DNA of 64,000 bases from NCBI GenBank assembly GCA_963996465.1, contig CAXEHI010000031.1, forward strand, positions 12,957 through 76,956, given 5' to 3'. This document shows, one piece after another, positions 8,981-18,119 of the stretch. How positions within the stretch are numbered: position 1 is the first letter of the stretch; every line of letters begins with the position of its first letter. The translations under genes were made by a program, and so were the position numbers. This DNA is from an uncultured Thermoplasmata archaeon (lineage in GTDB: Archaea; Thermoplasmatota; Poseidoniia; MGIII; CG-Epi1). The notes beneath the pieces are model-generated. The model saw only the letters and a program-made list of their open reading frames with translations, was not told where the DNA came from and did no database searches.

Positions 8981-10255
8981 ATGAAGAAAGTTGCATTGTT
9001 TTTGATTATCGTAATCGCAATACCACTTCTATTTGGAAGTGCTCAAGGAGAACCTCAACTTCTTCATAATTATTATACTATTCAAGAAGACACCGAAGAA
9101 TTAGCGAATATGTATCCAGATATTGCGATATATCGAGAACATGGAGAATCTGCAATGGGGAGTCTAAGTATTTTTTCTGTGGATGTTGCCCTAAATATAA
9201 ATGAATTGAGCGAAGAGGAACTACGGGCTTTGCCAACTATGTATGTAGATGCTGCACATCATGGAAATGAACAGATGGCTGTAGAAGCGGCATATTTTTT
9301 TCTGAAAGAAGTCTTAGAAAAGAGTGCCGATGATCCGACATATTTAGAAGGAAAACGACTGGTAGTGACTCCAGTAGTGAATGCAGATGGATACCTTATA
9401 GATTGTAGAAATAATGCAATGGGTGTTGATTTGAATAGAAATTACCCATACATGTGGGGAGAATATGGAACATCAGGAACTCCTTCATTGTGTCCAGCTT
9501 CAGGAACTTATCGTGGCTCAAGTGCAGGTAGTGAAATTGAAACTCAAGCGAATATGGAACTGATGTCTGGAATGAATCTGTATGTATATTTATCAGGACA
9601 CACCGGATCTAACGATATAGTACTACCCTGGAAAATAACTGGAGAATATGCCGTAGATATACCTGATTGGGAACTTTATGAACGGTTTTTAGAAGCATCA
9701 AATAATGTATCTGGTCTCGAATATAGAGACCCTTCAGGAGCGGGTGAATCGATAGCGTGGGGTTATGGTGCAAGAACCGCAGTAAGTGTTATAGTAGAAG
9801 TAGATGAAATGCAATGGTTTATTGCAACTTACGACGATGCACGGGAGTTTCTTGACAATGAATTGAAAATGTATGAAATGGCTTGGGAAAATCTAACTTT
9901 GATGGGTGGAAATATACAGATTGAAAATATTGAAAATGATAAAATTATGTTGAAGAATATAGGATGGGGTGCTGCATACAATATAACGTATGGAAAACAG
10001 ATTGTTGAAATTGTTGAATCGGAAGAAATAGTAGTATTGAATATAGAATATGAAACAGATAACTCGATGATCGATATGATAACTTACAATAGAATGAATA
10101 TAACTGGAGAAGGAGAATCAATGACTGAAGTGGAAATATCAATAAGAGAAGAGACGGGATATATGGAACAGCAAAAATGGATACCTTATCCGAATATAAT
10201 GTTGGTAATTTTAATAGTTATAATGAGTGTTAGATTAAGGGATAGAAATGATTGA
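8981..10255 (+). CDS. M14-family zinc carboxypeptidase, secreted, with C-terminal TM anchor
   Basis: N-terminal signal peptide. Zinc-binding HxxE (HHGNEQM), carboxypeptidase-like core, C-terminal hydrophobic anchor (IMLVILIVIMSV) followed by basic residues. Confidence 0.6.
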   Translation: MKKVALFLIIVIAIPLLFGSAQGEPQLLHNYYTIQEDTEELANMYPDIAIYREHGESAMGSLSIFSVDVALNINELSEEELRALPTMYVDAAHHGNEQMAVEAAYFFLKEVLEKSADDPTYLEGKRLVVTPVVNADGYLIDCRNNAMGVDLNRNYPYMWGEYGTSGTPSLCPASGTYRGSSAGSEIETQANMELMSGMNLYVYLSGHTGSNDIVLPWKITGEYAVDIPDWELYERFLEASNNVSGLEYRDPSGAGESIAWGYGARTAVSVIVEVDEMQWFIATYDDAREFLDNELKMYEMAWENLTLMGGNIQIENIENDKIMLKNIGWGAAYNITYGKQIVEIVESEEIVVLNIEYETDNSMIDMITYNRMNITGEGESMTEVEISIREETGYMEQQKWIPYPNIMLVILIVIMSVRLRDRND

Positions 10256-11024
10256 AATTGAAAATCGTGGAAATATACGTACAATAATACTTAACCGTCC
10301 TAAAAAATTGAATGCTATTAATTTGAAAATGGCAACGTCTATTAGGGAAGAGATAGAAAAAGCGGATGAAGAAGATAGTGTAAAAATATTAATTTTAACT
10401 GGAAATGGAAGAGCATTTTCTGTGGGAGGGGATGTAAATGAAATGGGCGATTATCTGCCACAAGCGGGAGATTTATTCTATAAACTAACAGAACAGTTAC
10501 ACGCATCTGTAGAGAGAATAATGACTATGAAAAAACCCGTGATTTGTGCAATTAATGGAATTGTTGCTGGAGGAGCATTAGGTATAGCTCTAGCAGGAGA
10601 TTTGAGAATTGGAAATGAATCTACAAAAATGTTGAGTGCTCATTTCAAGAGAGGTTTTGTACCGGCAGGAGGGGCTACGTATTTGTTACCTAAAATTATT
10701 GGACTTGGGAAGACACAAGATTTGTTTTTTGGGGAGAGAACGATAAACGCAAGTGAAATGGAAAAAATGGGAATACTTCACAGAGTTGTAAATGATGAAG
10801 AATTGGAAAAGACATGCATGAAAGAGGCGAAACGGTTAGAAAAAGGTCCGTTGGGAGCCATTGGTAAAACAAAAATGTTACTCAATAGCCAAGAACTAAA
10901 AATGATGAAAGAGCATCTCGCACTGGAACGAGAAAGCAATAGAGAAAGTGGGAATACTGGAGATGCTGTCGAAGGTATTCGTGCTTTCTTAGAAAATAGA
11001 GAAGGAGAATTTAATTCTAAATAA
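10248..11024 (+). CDS. Enoyl-CoA hydratase/isomerase (crotonase family)
   Basis: 258 aa crotonase fold. Oxyanion-hole region (ICAINGIVAGGALGIALAGD) and C-terminal trimerisation helix. Confidence 0.8.
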   Translation: MIEIENRGNIRTIILNRPKKLNAINLKMATSIREEIEKADEEDSVKILILTGNGRAFSVGGDVNEMGDYLPQAGDLFYKLTEQLHASVERIMTMKKPVICAINGIVAGGALGIALAGDLRIGNESTKMLSAHFKRGFVPAGGATYLLPKIIGLGKTQDLFFGERTINASEMEKMGILHRVVNDEELEKTCMKEAKRLEKGPLGAIGKTKMLLNSQELKMMKEHLALERESNRESGNTGDAVEGIRAFLENREGEFNSK

Positions 11025-11100
11025 TGGCGGGCTCGGGGGGATTTGAACCCCCGTATCTGGGTCCGAAGCCCAGCAGGATTCCAAGCTACCTCACAAGCCC
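11025..11100 (-). tRNA. tRNA-Arg (UCG) with encoded CCA
   Basis: The reverse complement folds as acceptor GGGCUUG/CGAGCCC, D-arm AGGU..UCCU, anticodon stem CUGGG/CCCAG with loop CUUCGGA, T-arm GGGGG-UUCAAAU-CCCCC, then G + CCA. It abuts the stop of the upstream crotonase gene. Confidence 0.75.
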
Positions 11101-11134
11101 AAGCAAATATCTGTTAGAGGTTCTTATAATAACC

Positions 11135-11755
11135 TTATTCCAAAGCTTTTAGGATTCCTGGAACTCGTGGAAAATCAATTATAGCTAAAACTTTAGAATT
11201 AGAGGAACAGATATTACGTAATCTTTCAGACATGTGAAATTCCTTTGATTTTTCTAAATTTGCGTAGCCAGCTATACTGCAAATTTTTTCATCGAGTTCC
11301 ATGATGAATGATTCAGGAGTCTTTGCTTCTAAACCATCACTACGTAGTTTTTGATGGAGTCTGGAATATTTGAATTGCTGCCAAGCTGAAATTTTATTGA
11401 AGGCCTCAGTAAAATCTTCTTCGTTCATATCCAAAGATTCCGTTTTTATCCCTAATTCGATAGCTGTAGTAAATGAGGGCGGAGGTAATCTTACTTGATC
11501 TTTGCCCACTAAATCATATAAAAATAATCCGTGAATCTCTTGCATGCTAGAAATATCAAACAATTCGCCATCCCAATTTGAGAGATCTTCTAACTCTCCG
11601 GGACTTATTCCTAATGCTATCACCTCTGGAGAGAAATTTTCAACTTCGGATTTGACATCTTTAGATTCTCTGACGAGACCCCTAATTGTGGATAAAATTA
11701 GTAGCTTGCAATCAGACACTGTAATTTCATGAGTTATCAAAGTTTTACCTCGCAA
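11135..11755 (-). CDS. Hypothetical protein, distant TraB/PrgY-family-like
   Basis: 206 aa. The N-terminal region (LLILSTIRGLVRES...PEVIALGISPGEL) loosely resembles the TraB/GumN-family N-terminal motif. The start is ambiguous (TTG at 11755 or TTG at 11740). Weak assignment. Confidence 0.3.
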   Translation of the reverse strand: MRGKTLITHEITVSDCKLLILSTIRGLVRESKDVKSEVENFSPEVIALGISPGELEDLSNWDGELFDISSMQEIHGLFLYDLVGKDQVRLPPPSFTTAIELGIKTESLDMNEEDFTEAFNKISAWQQFKYSRLHQKLRSDGLEAKTPESFIMELDEKICSIAGYANLEKSKEFHMSERLRNICSSNSKVLAIIDFPRVPGILKALE

Positions 11756-11862
11756 TCGTGTTCATTTTGACATGAAGAACAGACAATGGAATTACAGGTA
11801 GAACAAAAAGAAGTGGTCGGCTTTTTACAATGAAAGCATAAACCAGATAGCATTGTAACCAT
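11737..11862 (-). CDS. Small Cys-rich zinc-ribbon protein (41 aa), absent from the ORF track
   Basis: My own translation gives MVTMLSGLCFHCKKPTTSFCSTCNSIVCSSCQNEHDCEVKL. It has eight Cys in CxxC-type pairs. Its stop overlaps the start region of the downstream 206-aa ORF (operon-like coupling). Confidence 0.45.
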   Translation of the reverse strand: MVTMLSGLCFHCKKPTTSFCSTCNSIVCSSCQNEHDCEVKL

Positions 11863-11914
11863 ATACAGTACTTGATTTTAATTTAATGTACCAAAGTTTT
11901 TTTGCTTCACATCC

Positions 11915-12223
11915 TTGAAGGTCAATATGTTTAGAGCAAAAAATATAAAAATTTTCATGCCAGATTGTGAAAAGATAGAAGAATTCGAAGATGTTGAATT
12001 TCAATCTAATCCGGAAATGGAATTGCTAGTTATATTCACTAATGAAGGGGAGCATGCAGAAGTATATTCAGGAATGAAATACAAAATAATAATGGAAGGG
12101 AAAGGGGCAAAAGAATCATATGAGATGGCGCAAAGAGCCCATACCATGTCTCAAGAACAGATGAAAATGATGCTGGATCGTGAAGAGGGAACGGAAAATC
12201 AATTTTATTCTGGAATAGGATGA
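11915..12223 (+). CDS. Hypothetical protein (102 aa, acidic)
   Basis: ORF with good coding appearance. Its stop overlaps the start of the HAD hydrolase gene. No recognisable motif. Confidence 0.4.
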   Translation: MKVNMFRAKNIKIFMPDCEKIEEFEDVEFQSNPEMELLVIFTNEGEHAEVYSGMKYKIIMEGKGAKESYEMAQRAHTMSQEQMKMMLDREEGTENQFYSGIG

Positions 12224-12873
12224 ATAAAAATACTAAACTGGTTGCGTTCGATATGGATGGAACGTTAATCGAAACTAAATCATCATGGGCAACATTGAAT
12301 AAAGAATTTGGAATAGATAGTAGCAACATGTTGAAACGGTATATGAATGGAGAGATAACTGATCAAGAATTTGTAGATTATGATATAAGAAATTGGAATG
12401 AAAAGGTAGAGAATTTGAATATTGAAAAAATAAATACGGTTTTAGATAAAGTAAAAATAAGAAATGGTGCTAAAGAGTTGATATCCGAAATTAAAAAAAT
12501 GGGAATTGAGCCTATAATTATTTCTGGAGGAATAACTCACCTTGCTAATAGAATTTCTAAAGAATTGGGAATTGACAAATATTATGCAAATGATCTTCTA
12601 GAAGATGAAAATGGCAATATATATGGAAAAATTAATTTAGATAGTAGAGATAAAGGAGCTGTTCTTAGAAAAATATTGAATGAAAATAATATTAAAGAAA
12701 GTGAAGTAGTAGCTGTTGGAGATGAAGAAGTTGATATTGGAATGTTTGAAATTGCCAAAATTAGTATTGCAGTAAATACTAAAAATTCGAAAGTTATTGA
12801 AAAGGCAACGCATCATGTTAAAGAGGAAAATCTATTAGAAATATTAGAATACATAGGAGATAGAAATGAATAA
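12220..12873 (+). CDS. HAD-superfamily hydrolase, phosphoserine phosphatase (SerB)-like
   Basis: DxDGT motif (AFDMDGTLIE), motif II (IISGG), motif III/IV (K...GDEEVD). Subfamily IB architecture. Confidence 0.7.
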   Translation: MNKNTKLVAFDMDGTLIETKSSWATLNKEFGIDSSNMLKRYMNGEITDQEFVDYDIRNWNEKVENLNIEKINTVLDKVKIRNGAKELISEIKKMGIEPIIISGGITHLANRISKELGIDKYYANDLLEDENGNIYGKINLDSRDKGAVLRKILNENNIKESEVVAVGDEEVDIGMFEIAKISIAVNTKNSKVIEKATHHVKEENLLEILEYIGDRNE

Positions 12874-13642
12874 TAATGTTTTAATCCAAAAAGAAAATAG
12901 AATCGGTACAATTGTAATAAATCGTCCTGAGAAATTAAATTCATTGAGTGCAGATACTAGAAAGGAATTAGTAAATGCTTTCAAAGAATTAGAAGAAGAT
13001 AAAGAAATAAGAATTATAATACTTTCAAGTTCGGAATGTAAAGCATTTAGTGCTGGTGCAGATTTGAAAGAATTTGCTAGTACTGAAAGAATAGATACTG
13101 AAGAAATGGAAAGAGGATGGGGGATAACTGAAATTATATTCAATTTGAAAAAACCAGTTATTGCCATGATAGATGGTTTTTGTATAGGTGGAGGAATGGA
13201 ACTAGCTATGGCTTGTGACGTGAGAGTTGCATCAGAAATATCTAAATTCGGTCAAGGTGAAATTAATTTGGGAATCATACCTGGTGCAGGAGGTACGCAA
13301 CGATTGCCTAGATTGATTGGCACTGGTAGAGCAATGGAGTTGATTTTATCAGGTAGAATGATAGATGCTGTTGAAGCAGAAAAATATGGTATTGTTAATT
13401 TTGTATACCCTAGCGAAGAAATAGAAGATGCTACAAAAAAGATAGCGGAAAATATGGCAAAAAAATCTCCATTTGCATTGAGTCGTGCAAAGAGTGCTGT
13501 TAACAGTGCATTATCTAAACCTCTAGAAAAGGGACTTAAAAATGAAAGAGAATTGTTTGTTGAATGTTTTGTTTCTGAAGATGGTAAAGAAGGCGTGCGT
13601 GCGTTTGTTGAAAAAAGAGAACCCGAATACAAGGATAAATAA
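12866..13642 (+). CDS. Enoyl-CoA hydratase (crotonase family), second paralogue
   Basis: 258 aa. AGADLKEF, MIDGFCIGGGMELAMACD oxyanion-hole motifs. Confidence 0.8.
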   Translation: MNNNVLIQKENRIGTIVINRPEKLNSLSADTRKELVNAFKELEEDKEIRIIILSSSECKAFSAGADLKEFASTERIDTEEMERGWGITEIIFNLKKPVIAMIDGFCIGGGMELAMACDVRVASEISKFGQGEINLGIIPGAGGTQRLPRLIGTGRAMELILSGRMIDAVEAEKYGIVNFVYPSEEIEDATKKIAENMAKKSPFALSRAKSAVNSALSKPLEKGLKNERELFVECFVSEDGKEGVRAFVEKREPEYKDK

Positions 13643-13643
13643 T

Positions 13644-14309
13644 TTGGTAAAAAAATCTAGAAAAGATAAGCGTAAAAATGCTCTAGAAATTCTTGAAGAA
13701 GCAAAGAAATTATATCCATGGGCTGAATGTGCTTTAGTACATAAAGATGCTTTACAACTTCTTGTAGCGACGATATTATCTGCACAATGTACTGATGAAA
13801 GAGTTAACAAAGTAACAAAAAAACTTTTCAAAAAATATAAAACTGTAAATGATTTTACAAAGGTGACACTAAAGGAATTGGGTAAGGATATTAGACCAAC
13901 TGGGTATTATAATTCTAAAGCAAGATATATCAAAAGCGCCTGTAAAATGATTGTTGATAAATATGAAGGAATAGTGCCCAATAATATGGAAGAATTAGTA
14001 AAACTGCCGGGAGTTGGAAGGAAAACTGCGAGTGTAGTTTTGGGTGTTATTTTTGGAAAAGCTGAAGGTGTTGTAGTAGATACACATGTATTTAGAATCT
14101 CAAAACGGTTGGGATTATCTAAAGGAAAAAGTCCAGGAATAGTAGAAAGGGATTTAATGAAAATACTGCCGAATGAATATTGGATAGATTGGGCAGATCA
14201 TTTAATTTGGCATGGAAGAAGAGTCTGTGATGCGAGAAAGCCTTTGTGTGGTGAGTGTACATTAGAAATGCGGTGTCCAAAGGTGGGCGTAAAAACCCCC
14301 CCTAGATAG
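13644..14309 (+). CDS. nth: Endonuclease III (Nth), HhH-GPD with 4Fe-4S cluster
   Basis: HhH motif LPGVGRKTA. Catalytic Lys/Asp region and C-terminal Cx6Cx2Cx5C cluster (CDARKPLCGECTLEMRC). I propose a TTG start at 13644 just after the upstream stop; the track ORF starts at 13542 and would overlap the crotonase gene by 100 nt. Confidence 0.8.
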   Translation: MVKKSRKDKRKNALEILEEAKKLYPWAECALVHKDALQLLVATILSAQCTDERVNKVTKKLFKKYKTVNDFTKVTLKELGKDIRPTGYYNSKARYIKSACKMIVDKYEGIVPNNMEELVKLPGVGRKTASVVLGVIFGKAEGVVVDTHVFRISKRLGLSKGKSPGIVERDLMKILPNEYWIDWADHLIWHGRRVCDARKPLCGECTLEMRCPKVGVKTPPR

Positions 14310-14319
14310 GAGAAATAAG

Positions 14320-14763
14320 ATGAGTATTAGTAAAAAATGGGATGATAGGTTTCTAGAACTAGCGAAACATATATCTGAATGGAGTAAAGATCCATCTACC
14401 AAAGTTGGTTGTGTGATTGTTGGTGAAGATAGAGAAGTAAGAAGTACAGGATTCAATGGACTGCCCAGAGGGATTGACGATTCGAATGAAAGGTTGAATA
14501 ATAGAGAAATAAAATACCCCCTAACATGTCATGCTGAAGAAAATGCCATAATGCATGCAGCCAGAGTTGGACTATCGTTGAAAGGATGTGTTGCATACTC
14601 TACATGGCCACCTTGTACTAGATGTGCAAGATCACTCATACAAGCAGGTATTGTGGAAGTTATCTCTCCGGCAGGAATAGAAATACCTGAAAGATGGAAA
14701 GAGGATTTTGACCTTGCTAATGATATGTTTAAAGAAGCGGGAATTATCCTGAGATATTCATAA
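14320..14763 (+). CDS. dCMP deaminase / cytidine-deoxycytidylate deaminase family
   Basis: Zinc-binding HAEENAI and PCTRCA motifs, 147 aa. Confidence 0.8.
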   Translation: MSISKKWDDRFLELAKHISEWSKDPSTKVGCVIVGEDREVRSTGFNGLPRGIDDSNERLNNREIKYPLTCHAEENAIMHAARVGLSLKGCVAYSTWPPCTRCARSLIQAGIVEVISPAGIEIPERWKEDFDLANDMFKEAGIILRYS

Positions 14764-14776
14764 TTTGAAATAGAAA

Positions 14777-15703
14777 TTACTTGGAATTTTCTAATGCGTC
14801 GATAACTCCGTTACCGTCGCTGTCCAATAATTTTTCAATGCGTTTAAGGTGTTCAACACCTGTATCAGATTGAATATTTTCAGTAATAATATCCCTCACA
14901 TGAGAAGGTTTTGAAACCCCATACAGCGTATCATGAGGGTTATGTCTTGCAGTTCTTGATGTTTTCTTGAGACCGCCCATGAAACCTAGTGACATCTTAT
15001 CACTTCCAGAACCTACACCTGATGCCAACATAGCTTCATCAGTTCCCGTACCCAACCCAGTACCAGTTAATGGAATGACTGTGCCAAAACCGAATAAACG
15101 GCCGAAAATACTTTGAGATAATTTTATGTCCTCTATATGATTATATCGTACTTGTCTTTCATCTTTTGACATGAAAAAATCACTTTGTAGAATAATCCTA
15201 ATATTTGTCAAAAAATAAGTAAAACTGAGTCGATAATAGTTAACTAAAAATAAACCTGCAATGCCCAATAAAATAGTTAAAGTTGGTAAAAAATATTTGG
15301 AAAAATTGAAAGTGTCTTCTCGGTTATCGGCGAAAAATTTACCGAATAGAACGAGCCCTAGAACTCCTAAAATGACTACAAAGATACAAAAACGAAAAAC
15401 TGATTGGCCTCCAGTTTCTAAGTAAAGATATCTACATAAGAAACCAAATATTAATAAGCCTAAAGACCAACAAATTATACCTAATAATGTAATTGCATTG
15501 GGCCAAATGTTAGTTAGAAGCTCAGCTGTAGTAGTATGATTATCTAACCAATCTTGACTAATGACTGCATTTAAAATTCTAAAACAAGCAATACCCCAAA
15601 GAATTAGAAAACCAAAAATTGAATAAAGATGTAGAAAAGATAGAAGATGCGGTTTCGCTTTTAATTTTAATTCTTCTCCCCTCAGGAATGATATTTCAGC
15701 CAA
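14777..15703 (-). CDS. Membrane protein with bPH_2 (YdbS/YdbT-like PH) domain and C-terminal EF-hand-like loop
   Basis: N-terminal GEELKLKAKPH typical of membrane-flanked PH domains. Four TM helices. Gly/Thr-rich linker. C-terminal DSDGNGVIDALE matches a DxDxNGxIDxxE calcium-binding loop. Confidence 0.5.
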   Translation of the reverse strand: MAEISFLRGEELKLKAKPHLLSFLHLYSIFGFLILWGIACFRILNAVISQDWLDNHTTTAELLTNIWPNAITLLGIICWSLGLLIFGFLCRYLYLETGGQSVFRFCIFVVILGVLGLVLFGKFFADNREDTFNFSKYFLPTLTILLGIAGLFLVNYYRLSFTYFLTNIRIILQSDFFMSKDERQVRYNHIEDIKLSQSIFGRLFGFGTVIPLTGTGLGTGTDEAMLASGVGSGSDKMSLGFMGGLKKTSRTARHNPHDTLYGVSKPSHVRDIITENIQSDTGVEHLKRIEKLLDSDGNGVIDALENSK

Positions 15704-15747
15704 GTCTTTACCTTTGAGTTGATTTGGGGGCTTGATTTAATCTTTTG

Positions 15748-16668
15748 TCACGAATCTTGAACAGTTGAAATTGTTTCTTGGGACTTCGATTTTGAAATTA
15801 GAGTAATAAAAATACCCACTAAACAGATGGCCCCTCCAATAATTACCCAGATAGTTGGTAATTCATCGAAAAAGTGCCAAGCTAATAGAGAAGCTCCGAA
15901 AGGTTCGGCCAATAAAGTTACAGAAACGATGTAAGCAGGTAGATAACCTAATGCCCAATTGTGTAAAGTGTGACCTAAGAGTGTTGGTACAAACGCCATC
16001 AATAAAAATATTCCAATGTCCCTTCTAGGAATTGGATAGTAGTCTGCATGTGTTAAAAATACAGAAAACCAAAGTGTTATGGCACTTATTGAATAAATGA
16101 TAAATGCGTAAGTAGGAAGTGATATAGAAGATCTAATAGTTCTGCCTGCTAAGAAATAAATCCCAGCTAATATGCCTGAAATTAAAGCAAAAAGATTACC
16201 TTGAGAAGAGCCGGAATAATAAATCAGTTCACCACTGAAAAGAATTAAGATTCCAATAAAACTTAGAAGTATACCTATTTGGGATTTTTGTGAAACCCGT
16301 TCCTTGAGTAATAGCCAACCAAAAAAAACAACAAAAAGAGGGTGAGAGGTGGCAAGTAATGTGGCGGCAGCTACAGAGGTCATTGTTACAGAAGAAATAA
16401 AAAAACCGAAATGTAAACCCAAAACGATACCGACCAATGACATCTGCGTTACGCTTGTTCTCTTCAAAGTTTTAATTTCTGAAAAATTATCTTTCATTAA
16501 GAATGGTATAAAGATAAATGATGCGAAGGTTTGACGATATGCACCAACAACTAGAGGACTGATATCCTTATCGACCCATCTAATAAAAATAGCTGAAAAA
16601 GATATAGCCACCATAGCAATAATTAAAGAAAAATAAGGGAGAATACTATTTTCATCATTTTTATTCAT
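15748..16668 (-). CDS. EamA/DMT-family transporter
   Basis: 306 aa, about 10 TM helices in two EamA-like halves. Confidence 0.7.
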   Translation of the reverse strand: MNKNDENSILPYFSLIIAMVAISFSAIFIRWVDKDISPLVVGAYRQTFASFIFIPFLMKDNFSEIKTLKRTSVTQMSLVGIVLGLHFGFFISSVTMTSVAAATLLATSHPLFVVFFGWLLLKERVSQKSQIGILLSFIGILILFSGELIYYSGSSQGNLFALISGILAGIYFLAGRTIRSSISLPTYAFIIYSISAITLWFSVFLTHADYYPIPRRDIGIFLLMAFVPTLLGHTLHNWALGYLPAYIVSVTLLAEPFGASLLAWHFFDELPTIWVIIGGAICLVGIFITLISKSKSQETISTVQDS

Positions 16669-16674
16669 AAATTA

Positions 16675-17889
16675 TTAATCCATAAGTGCTGCAGGTTTAG
16701 ATAAATGGCGTCGTGCAGATGATGGCGGTTCATACCAACAAGTATCTAAATCTGGTAAAACAGATTTGTAAGCCGGTTTTGGAAGTTTGGTACTACAGAT
16801 GCGGCATTTGTAGTCTGAATTTTTACCAGTAGAATGCATTCTTGTATGACATTTATTACACAAAGGATTCGGTGGTTTAACATATCTATTTTCAAATCTA
16901 ACAACTTTGAATTTTTCAAGGTTTAGAGTTTCATGACTTAAACTGCCACAGACGATAATATCATCTCCTTGAATCAGTTTATCGACTTTTGTTCGAAAAT
17001 CTCCAGAAGGTTCGTATGCAGCGCAAGTAACTGTAAGATTATTATCGTCAATTAAATCAAAAAATCTATGACCCCCTTTAATTGAATATGGAGTTGAATG
17101 GACTTTGCCCCTTACCTTTATACAAATGCCATCTTCGAGTTTGGATAGTGATTTTTCTTGTAGATGATCATCTGAGCCTTGGTTTGTTAAAAAGAGTAGA
17201 CTTTTTTCTGCTTTTTCGGGACCTAAATGAACTAATCCTTTCAATAATGAATCTGATTTTGTTCCTCGTAAACCCCATAAAACCGGACAGGGTGAATGAG
17301 GTACCATTGAGATTTTTCCATCGCCGTCCATGCAACTAAAAACCCCATCGAATTTTGAAACTATATTGACTTGGGATTTAGATATGTTCCTAATTGTACC
17401 CCATTTATTTTTTTTCCTATATGCTAAAAGTTCATAGGTTGTATCTGACTTTGTAAAATCCCAGGCGATAGCGCACGCTGCACCTATCAAACCTCGACCA
17501 CCTCGTAAACCTTTGAAAGTCGTTTCTTTAATATATTTTATAATTTTGTCCTTGGATAGAATTGTTCTTACACCTTTCCAATACAGATTCATTGGGAGCT
17601 TCTTTCTAGAAACGATTACTCCTGGCTGAGATGAAGGATGGGATTCGGATTTTACGATTTGTAAAATTCTATCTAAAATCTCTTGATCTGTAATAGATGT
17701 ATTATTTTTGAAGGTGAGAGCTATGGCTCCGTTACCTCGAGTTTTCCATGGTACATTTGGATTAAGACGAACTAATCTTGGCTCTCCGATTAGAGATAAG
17801 TCAGATAGTTCATCTATTACTTTAGATGATAAATAGGTAGTACACCCCCCTTCTAACGAATCTGTATCATCTATACCGACGTATATCAA
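16675..17889 (-). CDS. tiaS: tRNA(Ile2) 2-agmatinylcytidine synthetase TiaS (COG1571-like)
   Basis: The N-terminus MIYVGIDDTDSLEGGCTTYL matches the conserved TiaS/DUF1743 start (GIDDTDS..G.CTTY). C-terminal zinc ribbon (CNKCHTRMHSTGKNSDYKCRIC). Confidence 0.6.
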   Translation of the reverse strand: MIYVGIDDTDSLEGGCTTYLSSKVIDELSDLSLIGEPRLVRLNPNVPWKTRGNGAIALTFKNNTSITDQEILDRILQIVKSESHPSSQPGVIVSRKKLPMNLYWKGVRTILSKDKIIKYIKETTFKGLRGGRGLIGAACAIAWDFTKSDTTYELLAYRKKNKWGTIRNISKSQVNIVSKFDGVFSCMDGDGKISMVPHSPCPVLWGLRGTKSDSLLKGLVHLGPEKAEKSLLFLTNQGSDDHLQEKSLSKLEDGICIKVRGKVHSTPYSIKGGHRFFDLIDDNNLTVTCAAYEPSGDFRTKVDKLIQGDDIIVCGSLSHETLNLEKFKVVRFENRYVKPPNPLCNKCHTRMHSTGKNSDYKCRICSTKLPKPAYKSVLPDLDTCWYEPPSSARRHLSKPAALMD

Positions 17890-18119
17890 GAAATACCTCT
17901 AGATGCTTTTTCGATTATCCTATCTTCGATTTTAGTTATGAAGCTAGTAATTTCTATATCCAAAGTTCTAGCCAATATGAGCACCTCTACTTCTGGGAGA
18001 ATTCCGCGATGTTTTGATTGATTTTTATTTATTAATTTTATAATTTCTGTCTTCTTCATATCTGAATTATTGATTATGACTGACAAAAGTTGATTGAATA
18101 ATGTATCAGACAAGTTCAA
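17886..18119 (-). CDS. Hypothetical small protein (77 aa)
   Basis: ORF translationally coupled to tiaS (4-nt overlap). No recognisable motif. Confidence 0.35.
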   Translation of the reverse strand: MNLSDTLFNQLLSVIINNSDMKKTEIIKLINKNQSKHRGILPEVEVLILARTLDIEITSFITKIEDRIIEKASRGIS

